Origin: Rhizobiales bacterium Ga0077548
GTDB taxonomy: Bacteria; Pseudomonadota; Alphaproteobacteria; Rhizobiales; Xanthobacteraceae
DNA length: 64,000 bases
NCBI GenBank assembly: GCA_001464215.1
Contig: LNEZ01000024.1
Span: 6,136 to 70,135 of the forward strand
Reading direction: 5' to 3'
The notes under the pieces were generated by a model. It was not told the DNA's origin and made no database searches. It saw only the letters and a list, made by a program, of their open reading frames with translations. Shown here one piece after another: positions 1-8,332 of this stretch; the first letter of the stretch is position 1; every line of letters begins with the position of its first letter. A program made the translations under genes and the position numbers.

Positions 1-361
1 TCGAGATCGCGCGCCCTGACTTCGAGTTCCTGACGGCGCTGCTGCAGCCGCTCGAGCAGAGCCTTCTGCGCCGGCGAAGTATCGCCGGGAACGCCGACGT
101 TGATTCCGGTCGGCGTCTCCGGTGCGCGTAGCGGAGCCGGCGGCACTTCCGGCTCGTTCTTTTTCGGCGTGTCGTCTTTCTTGGGTGCCGCGCTCGTAAA
201 TTCGAGATCGGTATCGGGCACGTTCTGCGCGACCGGCGCAGGCATTGCCGGGATCGTAGATATCTGGGGCGCACGCGTCGTCGCGACGATGCCCATCCCC
301 TTGATGATGAGGAGTGCAGCCGCCGCGAAAATGACGACAGGGATGAGCCGCAGGCGGGTCA
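1..361 (-). CDS. MotE/MgtE_N-like flagellar-cluster protein, N-terminal part only (gene runs off the window start)
   Basis: Hand translation of the minus strand from ATG (361-359) gives MTRLRLIPVVIFAAAALLIIKGMGIV... (signal anchor), a Pro/Lys-rich linker, then ...SPAQKALLERLQQRRQELEVRARDL with no stop before position 1. It lies directly downstream of fliM and the 375-857 gene. It is not in the ORF track because it is truncated. Confidence 0.5.
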
Positions 362-374
362 TGTTGTTCTTTCG

Positions 375-857
375 TTACGCCGCCTGCCCGGCAGCGGCCG
401 CGCGCAACCGCATGGCGAGCGCTTGGGCTGCTTGTGCGGTCCGGTTCGGCGAACGGATTTGCGCTTCTTCTTTACGGAACTGCTCGACATTCGCGGGCGG
501 CGCTTCGCGCTGAGCCGGTCTGGTGGCATTGGCGGCTTCCGCGATCTGCGCGATGCGGTCGAGCACATCCTGGCCGCGTGCGATCTGGTCGTCGAGGTCG
601 CGCGTGACGTCGACCGAGGCGCGCAAACCTTCGCCTAGCGTTTCGTTGGTCTGCTCGGTGATGACGCGGAGATTTCTGATTGCACGCTCCGCGAAGCCAG
701 TCGCCGTAATCAGTTCGGCAATGGTCCCGCGCATCGCGGTTTCATCCGCGCGCAGGCGAATGAGCCGTCGGTTGAGGATCACGCAATAACCGATCGTGAG
801 CCCAAGCAACACCGCCACAAGACTTTCGATTACAATTCCATAAAATGAACCGGTCAT
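375..857 (-). CDS. conserved flagellar-cluster single-pass membrane protein (DUF6468-like), function unknown
   Basis: 160-aa ORF with an N-terminal TM helix (FYGIVIESLVAVLLGLTIGYCVIL) followed by a helical/coiled region. The start codon overlaps the fliM stop (854-857), suggesting translational coupling. Confidence 0.55.
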   Translation of the reverse strand: MTGSFYGIVIESLVAVLLGLTIGYCVILNRRLIRLRADETAMRGTIAELITATGFAERAIRNLRVITEQTNETLGEGLRASVDVTRDLDDQIARGQDVLDRIAQIAEAANATRPAQREAPPANVEQFRKEEAQIRSPNRTAQAAQALAMRLRAAAAGQAA

Positions 858-1990
858 GCTCCCTCCATCCGGCTCGACAATGCGCCGGCTTGTTCGAACA
901 TCGCCATAGTGGTCTTTGAACGGCGCAACGGCCGCGCAACTTTGACTGCAACGCGGTCGCCGATACGCCCCATTCTGCCTTCGGAAAGCACTGCGTCGCC
1001 GCAGCGGACTTTGACGAGCGTGTCAGGCCGCACGTCCAGCATCAGCGTATCGCCGACTTCGAGATTCATCAGCTTCTTCAGCGGCATCTTGTCGTCGTAA
1101 AGCACGGCATCGACTTCTATCTGCGCGTTCCAGATTTCGGTAGCGAGATGCCCTTCCCAGATCGGATCGCGGCCGAACTTGTCGCCCATGAAATTCTGGA
1201 GCAACAGCTCGCGGATCGGCTCGATCGTGGCATACGGCAGAAGAATCTCGACGCAGCCGCCGCGATCTTCCATGTCGATCCGCAGACGTACCAGGATCGC
1301 CGCATTGGTCGGGCGCGAGATCGCGGCAAACTTTGGATTGGTTTCGACGCGATCGATTTCAAATCTGACCGGCGAGATCGGACGGAATGCCTGCTCGGCG
1401 TCGGAAAGCACGAGCTCCATCATGCGCTTCACGAGGCCGGTCTCGATCGTCGTGTAGGGCCTGCCGTCGACGCGCACGGTATCCGTGCCGCGTCGGCCGC
1501 CGAGAAGCACGTCGATCATCGTGTAGATCAACGAGGATTCGACGGAGAACAGGCCGAAGTTATCCCACTCTTTCGCTTTGACGACGCCCAGAATGGTCGG
1601 CAACGGAATCGAGTTCAGATATTCACCGAAGCGCACCGACGTGATGCGGTCGAGCGAAACTTCGACGTTGTCCGAAGTGAAATTCCTGAGCGAAGTCGTC
1701 ATCAAGCGGACCAGCCGGTCGAAGACGATTTCGAGCATCGGCAGACGCTCGTAGGACACCATCGCCGAGTCTATGATCGCGCGCAGACCGTTCTGATCGG
1801 CAAAGTTGATTTCGTCGAGACGGAAACCGAGCAGGTTGTCGATTTCGTCCTGGTTTAGCGCGCGCTCGACTACGGTTTTGGTTTCGATATCGCCCGGCGC
1901 GGCCTCAAGCATCTTGTCCCAGTTGTCCGCGACGTCCTGATCGTCGGGCCGGGTGGAAGCGGATGCGTCTGAAGATTCTGTATCAGCCAT
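854..1990 (-). CDS. fliM: flagellar motor switch protein FliM
   Basis: 378-aa ORF with an acidic N-terminus containing LNQDEIDNLLGF (CheY-P binding-type motif). Full-length FliM-like sequence, located downstream of fliL. Confidence 0.9.
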   Translation of the reverse strand: MADTESSDASASTRPDDQDVADNWDKMLEAAPGDIETKTVVERALNQDEIDNLLGFRLDEINFADQNGLRAIIDSAMVSYERLPMLEIVFDRLVRLMTTSLRNFTSDNVEVSLDRITSVRFGEYLNSIPLPTILGVVKAKEWDNFGLFSVESSLIYTMIDVLLGGRRGTDTVRVDGRPYTTIETGLVKRMMELVLSDAEQAFRPISPVRFEIDRVETNPKFAAISRPTNAAILVRLRIDMEDRGGCVEILLPYATIEPIRELLLQNFMGDKFGRDPIWEGHLATEIWNAQIEVDAVLYDDKMPLKKLMNLEVGDTLMLDVRPDTLVKVRCGDAVLSEGRMGRIGDRVAVKVARPLRRSKTTMAMFEQAGALSSRMEGA

Positions 1991-2002
1991 GAGCCTGCGC
2001 CG

Positions 2003-2494
2003 TCACTGAACGACGACTTCCTTAAAGAGCACGGCGCGGATTTTCGAAGGCGCAATCGCAACATTGATCCGGCGCATCAATTCCTCGCGCAGGCGATAGA
2101 GCCCGGCGGAACCCTCAAGATCGACTGCGCGCAGTTCGCGCAGATGTACCTGAAAGGCATCGATAACCCGCGGCATCGCGGTCTTCACGGCGTCCTGAAC
2201 TTTGCTGTCGGCCATCTCCAGCGTGATCTTCACACGCAGATATTGCGGACGCTCGCTGGTCGCCGAAAGATTGACGGTCATTTCCGGCAGATCGAAATAG
2301 ACCGACTTCACTACTTCCTGCTTCTCGGCCGGCTTGCCGCCGCTGAAGAACATGAAGTAGCTGCCTACGATCAGCAGCAGGACGCCAAGTCCGCCGCCGC
2401 CATAGATAAAAAATTTCTTCTTCGATTTTGCCGGCGCTTTTTCCTTGCCTTCGCCTTCCTCGGCAAGGTCATCCGCCAATGCGGCTTCGGCCAT
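2003..2494 (-). CDS. fliL: flagellar basal body-associated protein FliL
   Basis: 163-aa ORF with a Lys-rich N-terminus, one TM helix (FFIYGGGGLGVLLLIVGSYFMFF) and a FliL-like C-terminal domain. RBS GGGGAG precedes the ATG. First gene of the fliL-fliM operon. Confidence 0.85.
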   Translation of the reverse strand: MAEAALADDLAEEGEGKEKAPAKSKKKFFIYGGGGLGVLLLIVGSYFMFFSGGKPAEKQEVVKSVYFDLPEMTVNLSATSERPQYLRVKITLEMADSKVQDAVKTAMPRVIDAFQVHLRELRAVDLEGSAGLYRLREELMRRINVAIAPSKIRAVLFKEVVVQ

Positions 2495-2558
2495 GATCTG
2501 CTCCCCAAGCCGGACCGCTCCCGAGGTCCGGCAATAAGTTAACGCTAGGGCCGGTATG

Positions 2559-2574
2559 GTTAACGAAATCTAAA
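2559..2574 (-). promoter_or_regulatory. CtrA-box-like motif (TTTA-N7-TTAAC read on minus strand) upstream of fliL
   Basis: The plus strand reads gTTAAcgaaatcTAAA, one mismatch from TTAA-N7-TTAAC. It lies about 65-80 nt upstream of the fliL ATG and is part of an 18-mer (2548-2565) repeated 17/18 at 9352-9369. Confidence 0.4.
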
Positions 2575-2577
2575 AGG

Positions 2578-2592
2578 CGGCAATTCTTGCCG
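2578..2592. promoter_or_regulatory. perfect dyad CGGCAA-TTC-TTGCCG, candidate enhancer/operator (FlbD/ftr-like) in the fliL/flgF divergent region
   Basis: Inverted repeat seen directly. The same CGGCA-N5-TGCCG dyad recurs at 9384-9398 and 20057-20071, each about 85-105 bp upstream of a -24/-12 promoter. Confidence 0.5.
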
Positions 2593-2669
2593 GGCTGATC
2601 CTGCCGGTAGGTACCCCGCAGGCACCCCTCCAATCATCCAATACATTGAATTTATTGAATAATCTGCAT

Positions 2670-2685
2670 TGGCACGGCTCCTGCT
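2670..2685 (+). promoter_or_regulatory. sigma54-type -24/-12 promoter for flgF operon
   Basis: TGGCACGGCTCCTGCT has the GG and GC elements exactly 12 nt apart, as in TGGCAC-N5-TTGC. It lies 63 nt upstream of the flgF ATG and is preceded by an AT-rich tract with an IHF-like site (2639-2651, minus strand). Confidence 0.6.
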
Positions 2686-2747
2686 GAGTACTTGCCGGAC
2701 CACACCGCTGGGGAGCGATCGAGTGGTCCGGACTTGGGGAGCACGGC

Positions 2748-3491
2748 ATGGATAATGCCCTTTTGGTTGGACTTTCGCGGCAGACCGCGCTTCGGCGCGA
2801 GCTCGACGTGATCGCGAACAACATCGCAAACCTGAACACCACGGGCTTCAAAGGCGAGTCCGTGATGTTCGAGCAATTTCTCGACCCCACCGCGCGCCAC
2901 GAGCATTTTCCCGGCAACGATCGCCGGATTGCCTTCGTGCTCGACCGCGCGACCTTGCAGGACTTCAGCCAAGGCCCATTGCAGCGGACGGAATCGCCGC
3001 TCGATGTCGCAATCGACGGCCCCGGCTTCTTCGCAATTCAGACGCCGAACGGCGAGCGCTACACCCGCGCCGGAAACTTTCACCTGAACCCGCAAGGGCA
3101 GCTCGTCACGAATAACGGGCATCTCGTGCTCGGCCAGGGCGGCCCGATCGTGTTCGAGCCGAACGACACCAGCATTGCCATTGCCGCCGACGGCACCGTC
3201 TCCACGCAGAACGGCGACCGCGGCAAGCTTCGTTTCGTCAACTTCACCAACCCCACGCAACTGACACAGCAGGGCGACGGCTTGTGGTCCGCCCCGGCAA
3301 CGATGCAGCCGCAGCTTGCGGCTCCGACGACGCGCGCCGTGCAAGGTGCAATCGAAAAATCCAACGTGCACGCGGTGAAAGAAATGAACCGTATGCTCGA
3401 AGTCACCCGCGCCTACACCACCATTTCCAATATGCAGCAGCGCACCGACGAGCTTCGCCGCAAGGCGATCGAAAAGCTCGCCGAGGTCTGA
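2748..3491 (+). CDS. flgF: flagellar basal-body rod protein FlgF
   Basis: 247-aa ORF with the rod-protein N-terminus (MDNALLVGLSRQTALRRELDVIANNIANLNTTGFK) and conserved C-terminus (VKEMNRMLEVTRAYT). RBS GGGGAG. Followed by flgG. Confidence 0.9.
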   Translation: MDNALLVGLSRQTALRRELDVIANNIANLNTTGFKGESVMFEQFLDPTARHEHFPGNDRRIAFVLDRATLQDFSQGPLQRTESPLDVAIDGPGFFAIQTPNGERYTRAGNFHLNPQGQLVTNNGHLVLGQGGPIVFEPNDTSIAIAADGTVSTQNGDRGKLRFVNFTNPTQLTQQGDGLWSAPATMQPQLAAPTTRAVQGAIEKSNVHAVKEMNRMLEVTRAYTTISNMQQRTDELRRKAIEKLAEV

Positions 3492-3513
3492 CCGGATTAG
3501 AGGAGAATAGAAA

Positions 3514-4302
3514 ATGCGCGCTCTTTACACCGCCGCCACCGGAATGATGGCGCAGGAAATGAACGTCGAAGTCATTTCCAACAACATCGCGAATATGCGC
3601 ACCACCGGCTTCAAGAAGCAGCGTGTAGAATTTCAGGACCTGATGTACCAGAACCTTCGTCGTGTGGGCACCACGACATCGGATCAGGGCACGCGTCTCC
3701 CCGCCGGTCTCGACATCGGCGGCGGCGTGAAGGTCGTTTCCACGCCGCGCAACATGAACCAGGGCAACATCTCGATGACCGAGAAGGATCTCGACATCGC
3801 GATCCGCGGCGAAGGCTTCTTCCGCGTAACCCTGCCGGATGGCCGCACCGCCTACACTCGGGCGGGCTCTTTCGAGCGCGACGATCAGGGCCGTATCGTG
3901 ACGCCCGAAGGCTATCTGCTCGATCCGCAGATCACCATTCCGGCGAATGCAACCGGTATCACGATCAACCAGTCGGGCCAGGTTTCGGTGACGATGCCGA
4001 ACCAAACGCAGCCGACGGAACTGGGGCAAATCCAGCTTGCGCGCTTCGTGAACAAGAACGGCTTGCAGCCGGTTGGCGACAATCTTTTCCTTGAGACCGC
4101 ATCGAGCGGCACGCCGCAGCTTTCCAATCCCGGCATCGACGGCTCGGGCAACCTTCTGCAGCGGCAATTAGAGACCGCGAACGTGAATGCGGTCACCGAA
4201 ATCTCCGACCTGATCGCGGCCCAACGCGCCTATTCGATGAACGCGAAAGTCGTCTCGGCGGCGGATGAAATGTTGCAATCCACCGCGCAGATGATCCGCT
4301 GA
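3514..4302 (+). CDS. flgG: flagellar basal-body distal rod protein FlgG
   Basis: 262-aa ORF reading MRALYTAATGMMAQEMNVEVISNNIANMRTTGFK ... EISDLIAAQRAYSMNAKVV. RBS GAGGAG. Confidence 0.95.
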   Translation: MRALYTAATGMMAQEMNVEVISNNIANMRTTGFKKQRVEFQDLMYQNLRRVGTTTSDQGTRLPAGLDIGGGVKVVSTPRNMNQGNISMTEKDLDIAIRGEGFFRVTLPDGRTAYTRAGSFERDDQGRIVTPEGYLLDPQITIPANATGITINQSGQVSVTMPNQTQPTELGQIQLARFVNKNGLQPVGDNLFLETASSGTPQLSNPGIDGSGNLLQRQLETANVNAVTEISDLIAAQRAYSMNAKVVSAADEMLQSTAQMIR

Positions 4303-4314
4303 GGGAGCAGATAG

Positions 4315-5310
4315 ATGAAACGCATCGCAATCTTCGCTCTCTTTCATCTTGCAATCGTTGCAACACTACCCCTCGCCGCGCGCGCACAGGCTGCAACCCC
4401 TGCCCTGCGCGCCGAAGTCACGGTGACAGGCGACCTCGTTCGCATCGGCGACGTTCTCGACAACGCAGGCGTCAAGGCGAGCCAGCCGATCTTTAAGGCG
4501 CCCGAACTCGGCGCATCGGGAACGATCCAGGTGCATCGCATCATGGAAGCGCTGCGCGCCCATGGCATTGTCGTCTTCGACACAAAGAATCTCACCGAAG
4601 TGCTCGTCTCTCGTGCGAGCCGGAGCGTGACGTTGAGCGATCTCGGGCGCGTCGTCGCAGAAGCGGCGGCCAAGCGTTACGAGATTGCCAACGCCTCTGA
4701 TCTGTCGGTCACCTTCGACCGGCACATGAACCCGCTACAGGTCGAGCCGAACCTGACCGATGCCCCGCGCGTGGTCAGCATCGTGGTCGATCAACGCAAC
4801 AATCGCTTCGAAGCGATCGTCGATATGCCGAGCTCGATCGCGCTTCGCCGCGCGCCGGTGCGTTTTACCGGCTCGCTGGTAGAGACCGTGGAGGTGGTGA
4901 CGCTCGCACGCGCCATCACGCGCGGCGAAACCATCCGCGAAAGCGACATCATGATCGAGCGGCTGCCGCGCACGGATGTGCAAACCGACGCGCTTTCTAA
5001 AGCCGAACTCGTCGTCACGCAGGCAGCACGTCGTGCGCTTCGCGCAGGCCAGACTTTGCGCGCTGCCGACCTGATGAAGCCACAGATCATCAGCCGCGAC
5101 GACGGCGTCACCATCATCTTCAAGACCAGCACGATCACGCTGACCTTGCGCGGAAAAGCGCTCGGTAACGGCGCGGAGGGCGAGCCGATCTCCGTGCTCA
5201 ATCCGCAGTCGAAGCGCATCGTGCAGGGAACCGTTACCGCACCGGGTGTCGTCACGGTCACCGATGCGAACGCACTGACCACGGCTGCCGTCAACAACAA
5301 TAACCGCTAA
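4315..5310 (+). CDS. flgA: flagellar basal body P-ring formation chaperone FlgA
   Basis: 331-aa ORF with a signal peptide (AIFALFHLAIVATLPLAARAQA) and a SAF/FlgA-like C-terminal region (ISRDDGVTIIFKTSTITLTLRGKALGNGAEGEPISVLNPQSKRIVQG). Located between flgG and flgH. Confidence 0.8.
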   Translation: MKRIAIFALFHLAIVATLPLAARAQAATPALRAEVTVTGDLVRIGDVLDNAGVKASQPIFKAPELGASGTIQVHRIMEALRAHGIVVFDTKNLTEVLVSRASRSVTLSDLGRVVAEAAAKRYEIANASDLSVTFDRHMNPLQVEPNLTDAPRVVSIVVDQRNNRFEAIVDMPSSIALRRAPVRFTGSLVETVEVVTLARAITRGETIRESDIMIERLPRTDVQTDALSKAELVVTQAARRALRAGQTLRAADLMKPQIISRDDGVTIIFKTSTITLTLRGKALGNGAEGEPISVLNPQSKRIVQGTVTAPGVVTVTDANALTTAAVNNNNR

Positions 5311-5337
5311 ACGCGAGAGAGTTTGAAAGAGGTAGTG

Positions 5338-6084
5338 ATGAGCAAGTCCAGGTTTCTTGTCCGCGCCGGCGCGGTTACGCTGGTAGCGAGCCTGTTAGGC
5401 GGCTGCGCAGCAATCGACAAAATCTCGACCATCACGGTGGCGCCGCCGCTCTCGCCGGTGACGAACCCGACCGCGCAGCCAAACTACCGGCCGGTTTCGA
5501 TGCCGATGCCCGAGCCGGTGCCGGTCAACTATTCGCCGAACTCGTTGTGGCGAAACGGCAGCCGCGCCTTCTTCAAGGATCAACGCGCGCATCAGATCGG
5601 CGACATTCTGACGATCAAGGTCAAGATCGCCGACAAGGCGCAGCTCGACAACGAAACCAAGCGCGAGCGCTCGACCAGCGACGACTCCGGCATAAGCAAT
5701 CTGTTTGGCTTGACGAAAATTCCGTTCACAAAACAGGCCATCCCAAACCGCCTGCTCACGACGGATTCATCCACGAGCAGCGACGGCAAAGGCAACATCA
5801 ACCGGCAGGAAATCCTACAAACCAACGTCGCCGCCGTTGTCACGCAAGTATTGCCGAACGGAAATCTCGTGATCGAAGGCAAACAGGAGGTCCGCGTGAA
5901 TTTCGAAATGCGCGAACTGATCGTCGCGGGCATCGTGCGGCCGGAAGATATCGAAGCCGACAACACGATGGACTCGCAGAAGATCGCGCAGGCCCGCATC
6001 TCTTACGGCGGCCGCGGCCAGATCACCGACATCCAGCAACCGCGCTGGGGTCAGCAGCTCTTCGATCACATCCTGCCATTCTGA
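5338..6084 (+). CDS. flgH: flagellar L-ring lipoprotein FlgH
   Basis: The ORF track frame begins at 5323. ATG 5338 is preferred because RBS GAAAGAGG lies 5 nt upstream. Lipobox LLGGC is present. FlgH-like core: GDILTIKV ... GNLVIEGKQEVRVNFEMRELIVAGIVRPEDI. Confidence 0.9.
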   Translation: MSKSRFLVRAGAVTLVASLLGGCAAIDKISTITVAPPLSPVTNPTAQPNYRPVSMPMPEPVPVNYSPNSLWRNGSRAFFKDQRAHQIGDILTIKVKIADKAQLDNETKRERSTSDDSGISNLFGLTKIPFTKQAIPNRLLTTDSSTSSDGKGNINRQEILQTNVAAVVTQVLPNGNLVIEGKQEVRVNFEMRELIVAGIVRPEDIEADNTMDSQKIAQARISYGGRGQITDIQQPRWGQQLFDHILPF

Positions 6085-6131
6085 AGCATGATCCCGAAAA
6101 GTGGAGACCGGTTTTCGGAAAGGATCATGCT
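6085..6131. repeat. nested palindromic intergenic element (AGCATGATCC-CGAAAA...TTTTCG-GAAAGGATCATGCT)
   Basis: Outer arms agcatgatcc/ggatcatgct and inner arms cgaaaa/ttttcg are seen directly, immediately after the flgH stop. It looks like the short palindromic repeat family common in Rhizobiales intergenic regions (recollection, not searched). Only one copy is in this window. Confidence 0.5.
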
Positions 6132-6368
6132 CAAAATCTAGAGATCCGTTTCGCGCGGGCTTTTTCCCCAACCAAAAGCGCGCGAAGCGTAAACCGGCCA
6201 AAGCTCCCCCTTGTGGCCGGTTGAGTAACGGCCCCCGCAGCTCCCCCGCGGGGGCCGTATCCTTTCGGAAATACACAAGGAACCGCCCTATCTCTTCCGG
6301 TGCAACGCTATATTTACCCGAAGCGTGGAGTCTGCTCGCTTCTGTATTTGTTGCGTACGGGGCGTCAC

Positions 6369-6569
6369 ATGAAAGATCGAGACGACAACGCGGACTATCT
6401 GTTCCGCTTTCTCGACCATCGTAATCATCTCCTGAAATCGAAATCCGAGCTTTGTCTCGATGACGCCGACGCCAATACGCGCGGCAAACATCATCGCGGC
6501 GCCTTCCGCGCGATCGAAGTCTGGAAAGACGAGCGCTTCGTCGGCCGCTGGGAAAAAGCCGAGAATTAA
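6369..6569 (+). CDS. small hypothetical protein (66 aa)
   Basis: MKDRDDNADYLFRFLDHRNHLLKSKSELCLDDADANTRGKHHRGAFRAIEVWKDERFVGRWEKAEN. The pattern Y-x-F-x-FLD...C-x-DD...IEVW-x-x-x-R-x-V recalls a small-protein family recurrent in Bradyrhizobiaceae (recollection). A competing minus-strand ORF (6288-6671) looks less protein-like. Confidence 0.45.
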   Translation: MKDRDDNADYLFRFLDHRNHLLKSKSELCLDDADANTRGKHHRGAFRAIEVWKDERFVGRWEKAEN

Positions 6570-6602
6570 GCTCGTCTTTCTACGCATGGAACTTGCCTTG
6601 CC

Positions 6603-7841
6603 GTGGATCGTTCTGATGCCGTGGCAAAGCAAGAACCGACAGCCGGCACGACCCTCTGGGCTGCATCCCAAGAAGGGTTTCCTACTGAAAAACTGACCAA
6701 GAACCTGCGCACCGACATTCTCGTGGTCGGCGCAGGAATCGCCGGCTCACTCGTTGCAGAAGCGCTGAGCGCACTTGGCCGCGAGGTGACCGTAATCGAC
6801 CGGCATCCGCCCGGAGCCGGTTCGACTTCCGCGAATACGTCGCTTCTCCTTTTTGAAATCGATAATCCGCTCGTCGTTCTCGCTGACAAGATCGGCAAGG
6901 AGAAAGCGTCCCGCGTCTGGAAACGCTCGTTCAAAGCGATGCGCAACCTGACGAAGAAGGTGAAGTCTCTCGGTATCGATTGCGAATACATCGAGCGCCA
7001 ATCGCTTCTGCTTCCCGGCAAGGTGCTCGGACCTGCAGGCCTGCGGCGGGAATGCGAAGCGCGTGTCGCACTTGGGTTTCCTTCGCGCATCGTCGAGCGA
7101 GATCATCTGCTCGCCGACTTCGGCATCGACCGCCCGAACGCGATCCTTTCAGGCAATTCAGCGGAATCACATCCGATAAAAATGGCGCTCGGTATTTTAC
7201 GCAAAGCGGCGGATAACGGCACCAAAGTTTTCTCGCCGGTCGAGGCGAAGTCAATCGACGCGAACGAAAAACGCGCGGTTGTAACGACTAAACACGGTCA
7301 TCGCATCACGGCGGATTTCGTCGTGCTTTGCTGCGGATTCGACCCGCCGAAATTCCTTCAGGCCAAACAGCATGAAGTTGTTTCGACCTGGGCCGCGGCG
7401 ACAAAACCGCAACCGCAAAACTTATGGCCGTCGCGCGCACTGATCTGGGAAGCGTCCGATCCTTACATCTATGTGCGGACGACCATCGACGGCCGCGTGG
7501 TCGTGGGCGGCGAAGATGAAGACCACAACGACAACGAACGCCGCGCGAAACGCATTCCATCAAAGATAAAGCGCTTCAGGAGCAAGTTGAAGCTCCTGAT
7601 GACGCGGATCGCGTTTGAGAACGAAGACATCGACTATGCCTGGTCCGGCGCTTTCGGCGCATCCGAAACGGGGTTGCCTACTATCGGCAACGTGCCTGGA
7701 ATGCCGCGCGTCTGCGCCGTACTCGGCTTCGGCGGCAACGGCACAACCTACGCGCAAGTGGCAAGCGAGATGATCGCGAACGCGCTGAGCGGGAGAGCGG
7801 AGCCAGACATTGATCTCTTCGCGTTCGGCGCGCGTAATTAG
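6603..7841 (+). CDS. FAD-dependent oxidoreductase (DAO family)
   Basis: 412-aa ORF with the dinucleotide-binding motif DILVVGAGIAGSLVAEALSALGREVTVIDR near the N-terminus. GTG start; the exact start is uncertain. Confidence 0.8.
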   Translation: MDRSDAVAKQEPTAGTTLWAASQEGFPTEKLTKNLRTDILVVGAGIAGSLVAEALSALGREVTVIDRHPPGAGSTSANTSLLLFEIDNPLVVLADKIGKEKASRVWKRSFKAMRNLTKKVKSLGIDCEYIERQSLLLPGKVLGPAGLRRECEARVALGFPSRIVERDHLLADFGIDRPNAILSGNSAESHPIKMALGILRKAADNGTKVFSPVEAKSIDANEKRAVVTTKHGHRITADFVVLCCGFDPPKFLQAKQHEVVSTWAAATKPQPQNLWPSRALIWEASDPYIYVRTTIDGRVVVGGEDEDHNDNERRAKRIPSKIKRFRSKLKLLMTRIAFENEDIDYAWSGAFGASETGLPTIGNVPGMPRVCAVLGFGGNGTTYAQVASEMIANALSGRAEPDIDLFAFGARN

Positions 7842-7902
7842 ACCGTTTGACAACCCGAAGGACGCGTCGCTCAATTCACCAGGCTTGGCCTTGGAGAGTC
7901 GC

Positions 7903-8274
7903 ATGACGCATTACGAAACACGCTACGATGATGCCCCTGCTCCGCGCGGTGGTCCCGGATTTCTCACGCTCTTCATCGGCAAGACCATTCTTCTCGCACT
8001 GACCATCGTCATCGTCTGGCTGCTGTATGGCTATCTCTTCGCCTTCCAGCTCGATTTTCTCGGCTGGGCTTATACGAAGCTGCAGCCGCTGACGCTCCAG
8101 CTTTATGCTTTGGTCGACAATTATTTCCCGGACAGCATAAAATATAAATTCCGCGCGGCGATCACCGACGACCTCGGGCAGCGCGCATTATTTCTGCTAA
8201 TCCTGACAGCCGTCGTGGAGCTTACGCTCTACACGTTCTTCCGTTTCGTGAAATTCCTGTTCACGTCGCGATGA
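7903..8274 (+). CDS. hypothetical membrane protein
   Basis: Frame of ORF 7810-8274. ATG 7903 was chosen because it lies after the previous gene's stop. Two predicted TM helices (FLTLFIGKTILLALTIVIVWLLYGYLF; LFLLILTAVVELTLYTFF). Followed by a terminator. Confidence 0.55.
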   Translation: MTHYETRYDDAPAPRGGPGFLTLFIGKTILLALTIVIVWLLYGYLFAFQLDFLGWAYTKLQPLTLQLYALVDNYFPDSIKYKFRAAITDDLGQRALFLLILTAVVELTLYTFFRFVKFLFTSR

Positions 8275-8301
8275 GCGAACGATTTCAGGCGCCTTAAAAT
8301 G

Positions 8302-8329
8302 AAAAAGGCCGGATCGCGTCCGGCCTTTT
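8302..8329. terminator. bidirectional rho-independent terminator
   Basis: aaaaAGGCCGGAtcgcgTCCGGCCTtttt is an 8-bp GC stem flanked by an A-run and a T-run. It lies between convergent genes 7903-8274 (+) and dksA (-). Confidence 0.75.
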
Positions 8330-8332
8330 CAA

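Noticed and set aside
100-638. Plus-strand ORFs 100-513 and 423-638 at the window start
   Set aside because: They lie antisense to clearly homologous minus-strand genes (MotE-like, DUF6468-like). Their composition is Ala/Arg/Gly-rich, typical of off-frame translation in GC-rich DNA.
2652-3371. 239-aa minus-strand ORF opposite flgF
   Set aside because: Antisense to a confidently identified rod protein gene. Arg/Ala-rich junk with no motifs.
6288-6671. 127-aa minus-strand ORF overlapping the 66-aa plus-strand ORF
   Set aside because: It has no recognisable family features and runs into the start of the FAD oxidoreductase. The plus-strand small ORF looks more protein-like, but this remains uncertain.
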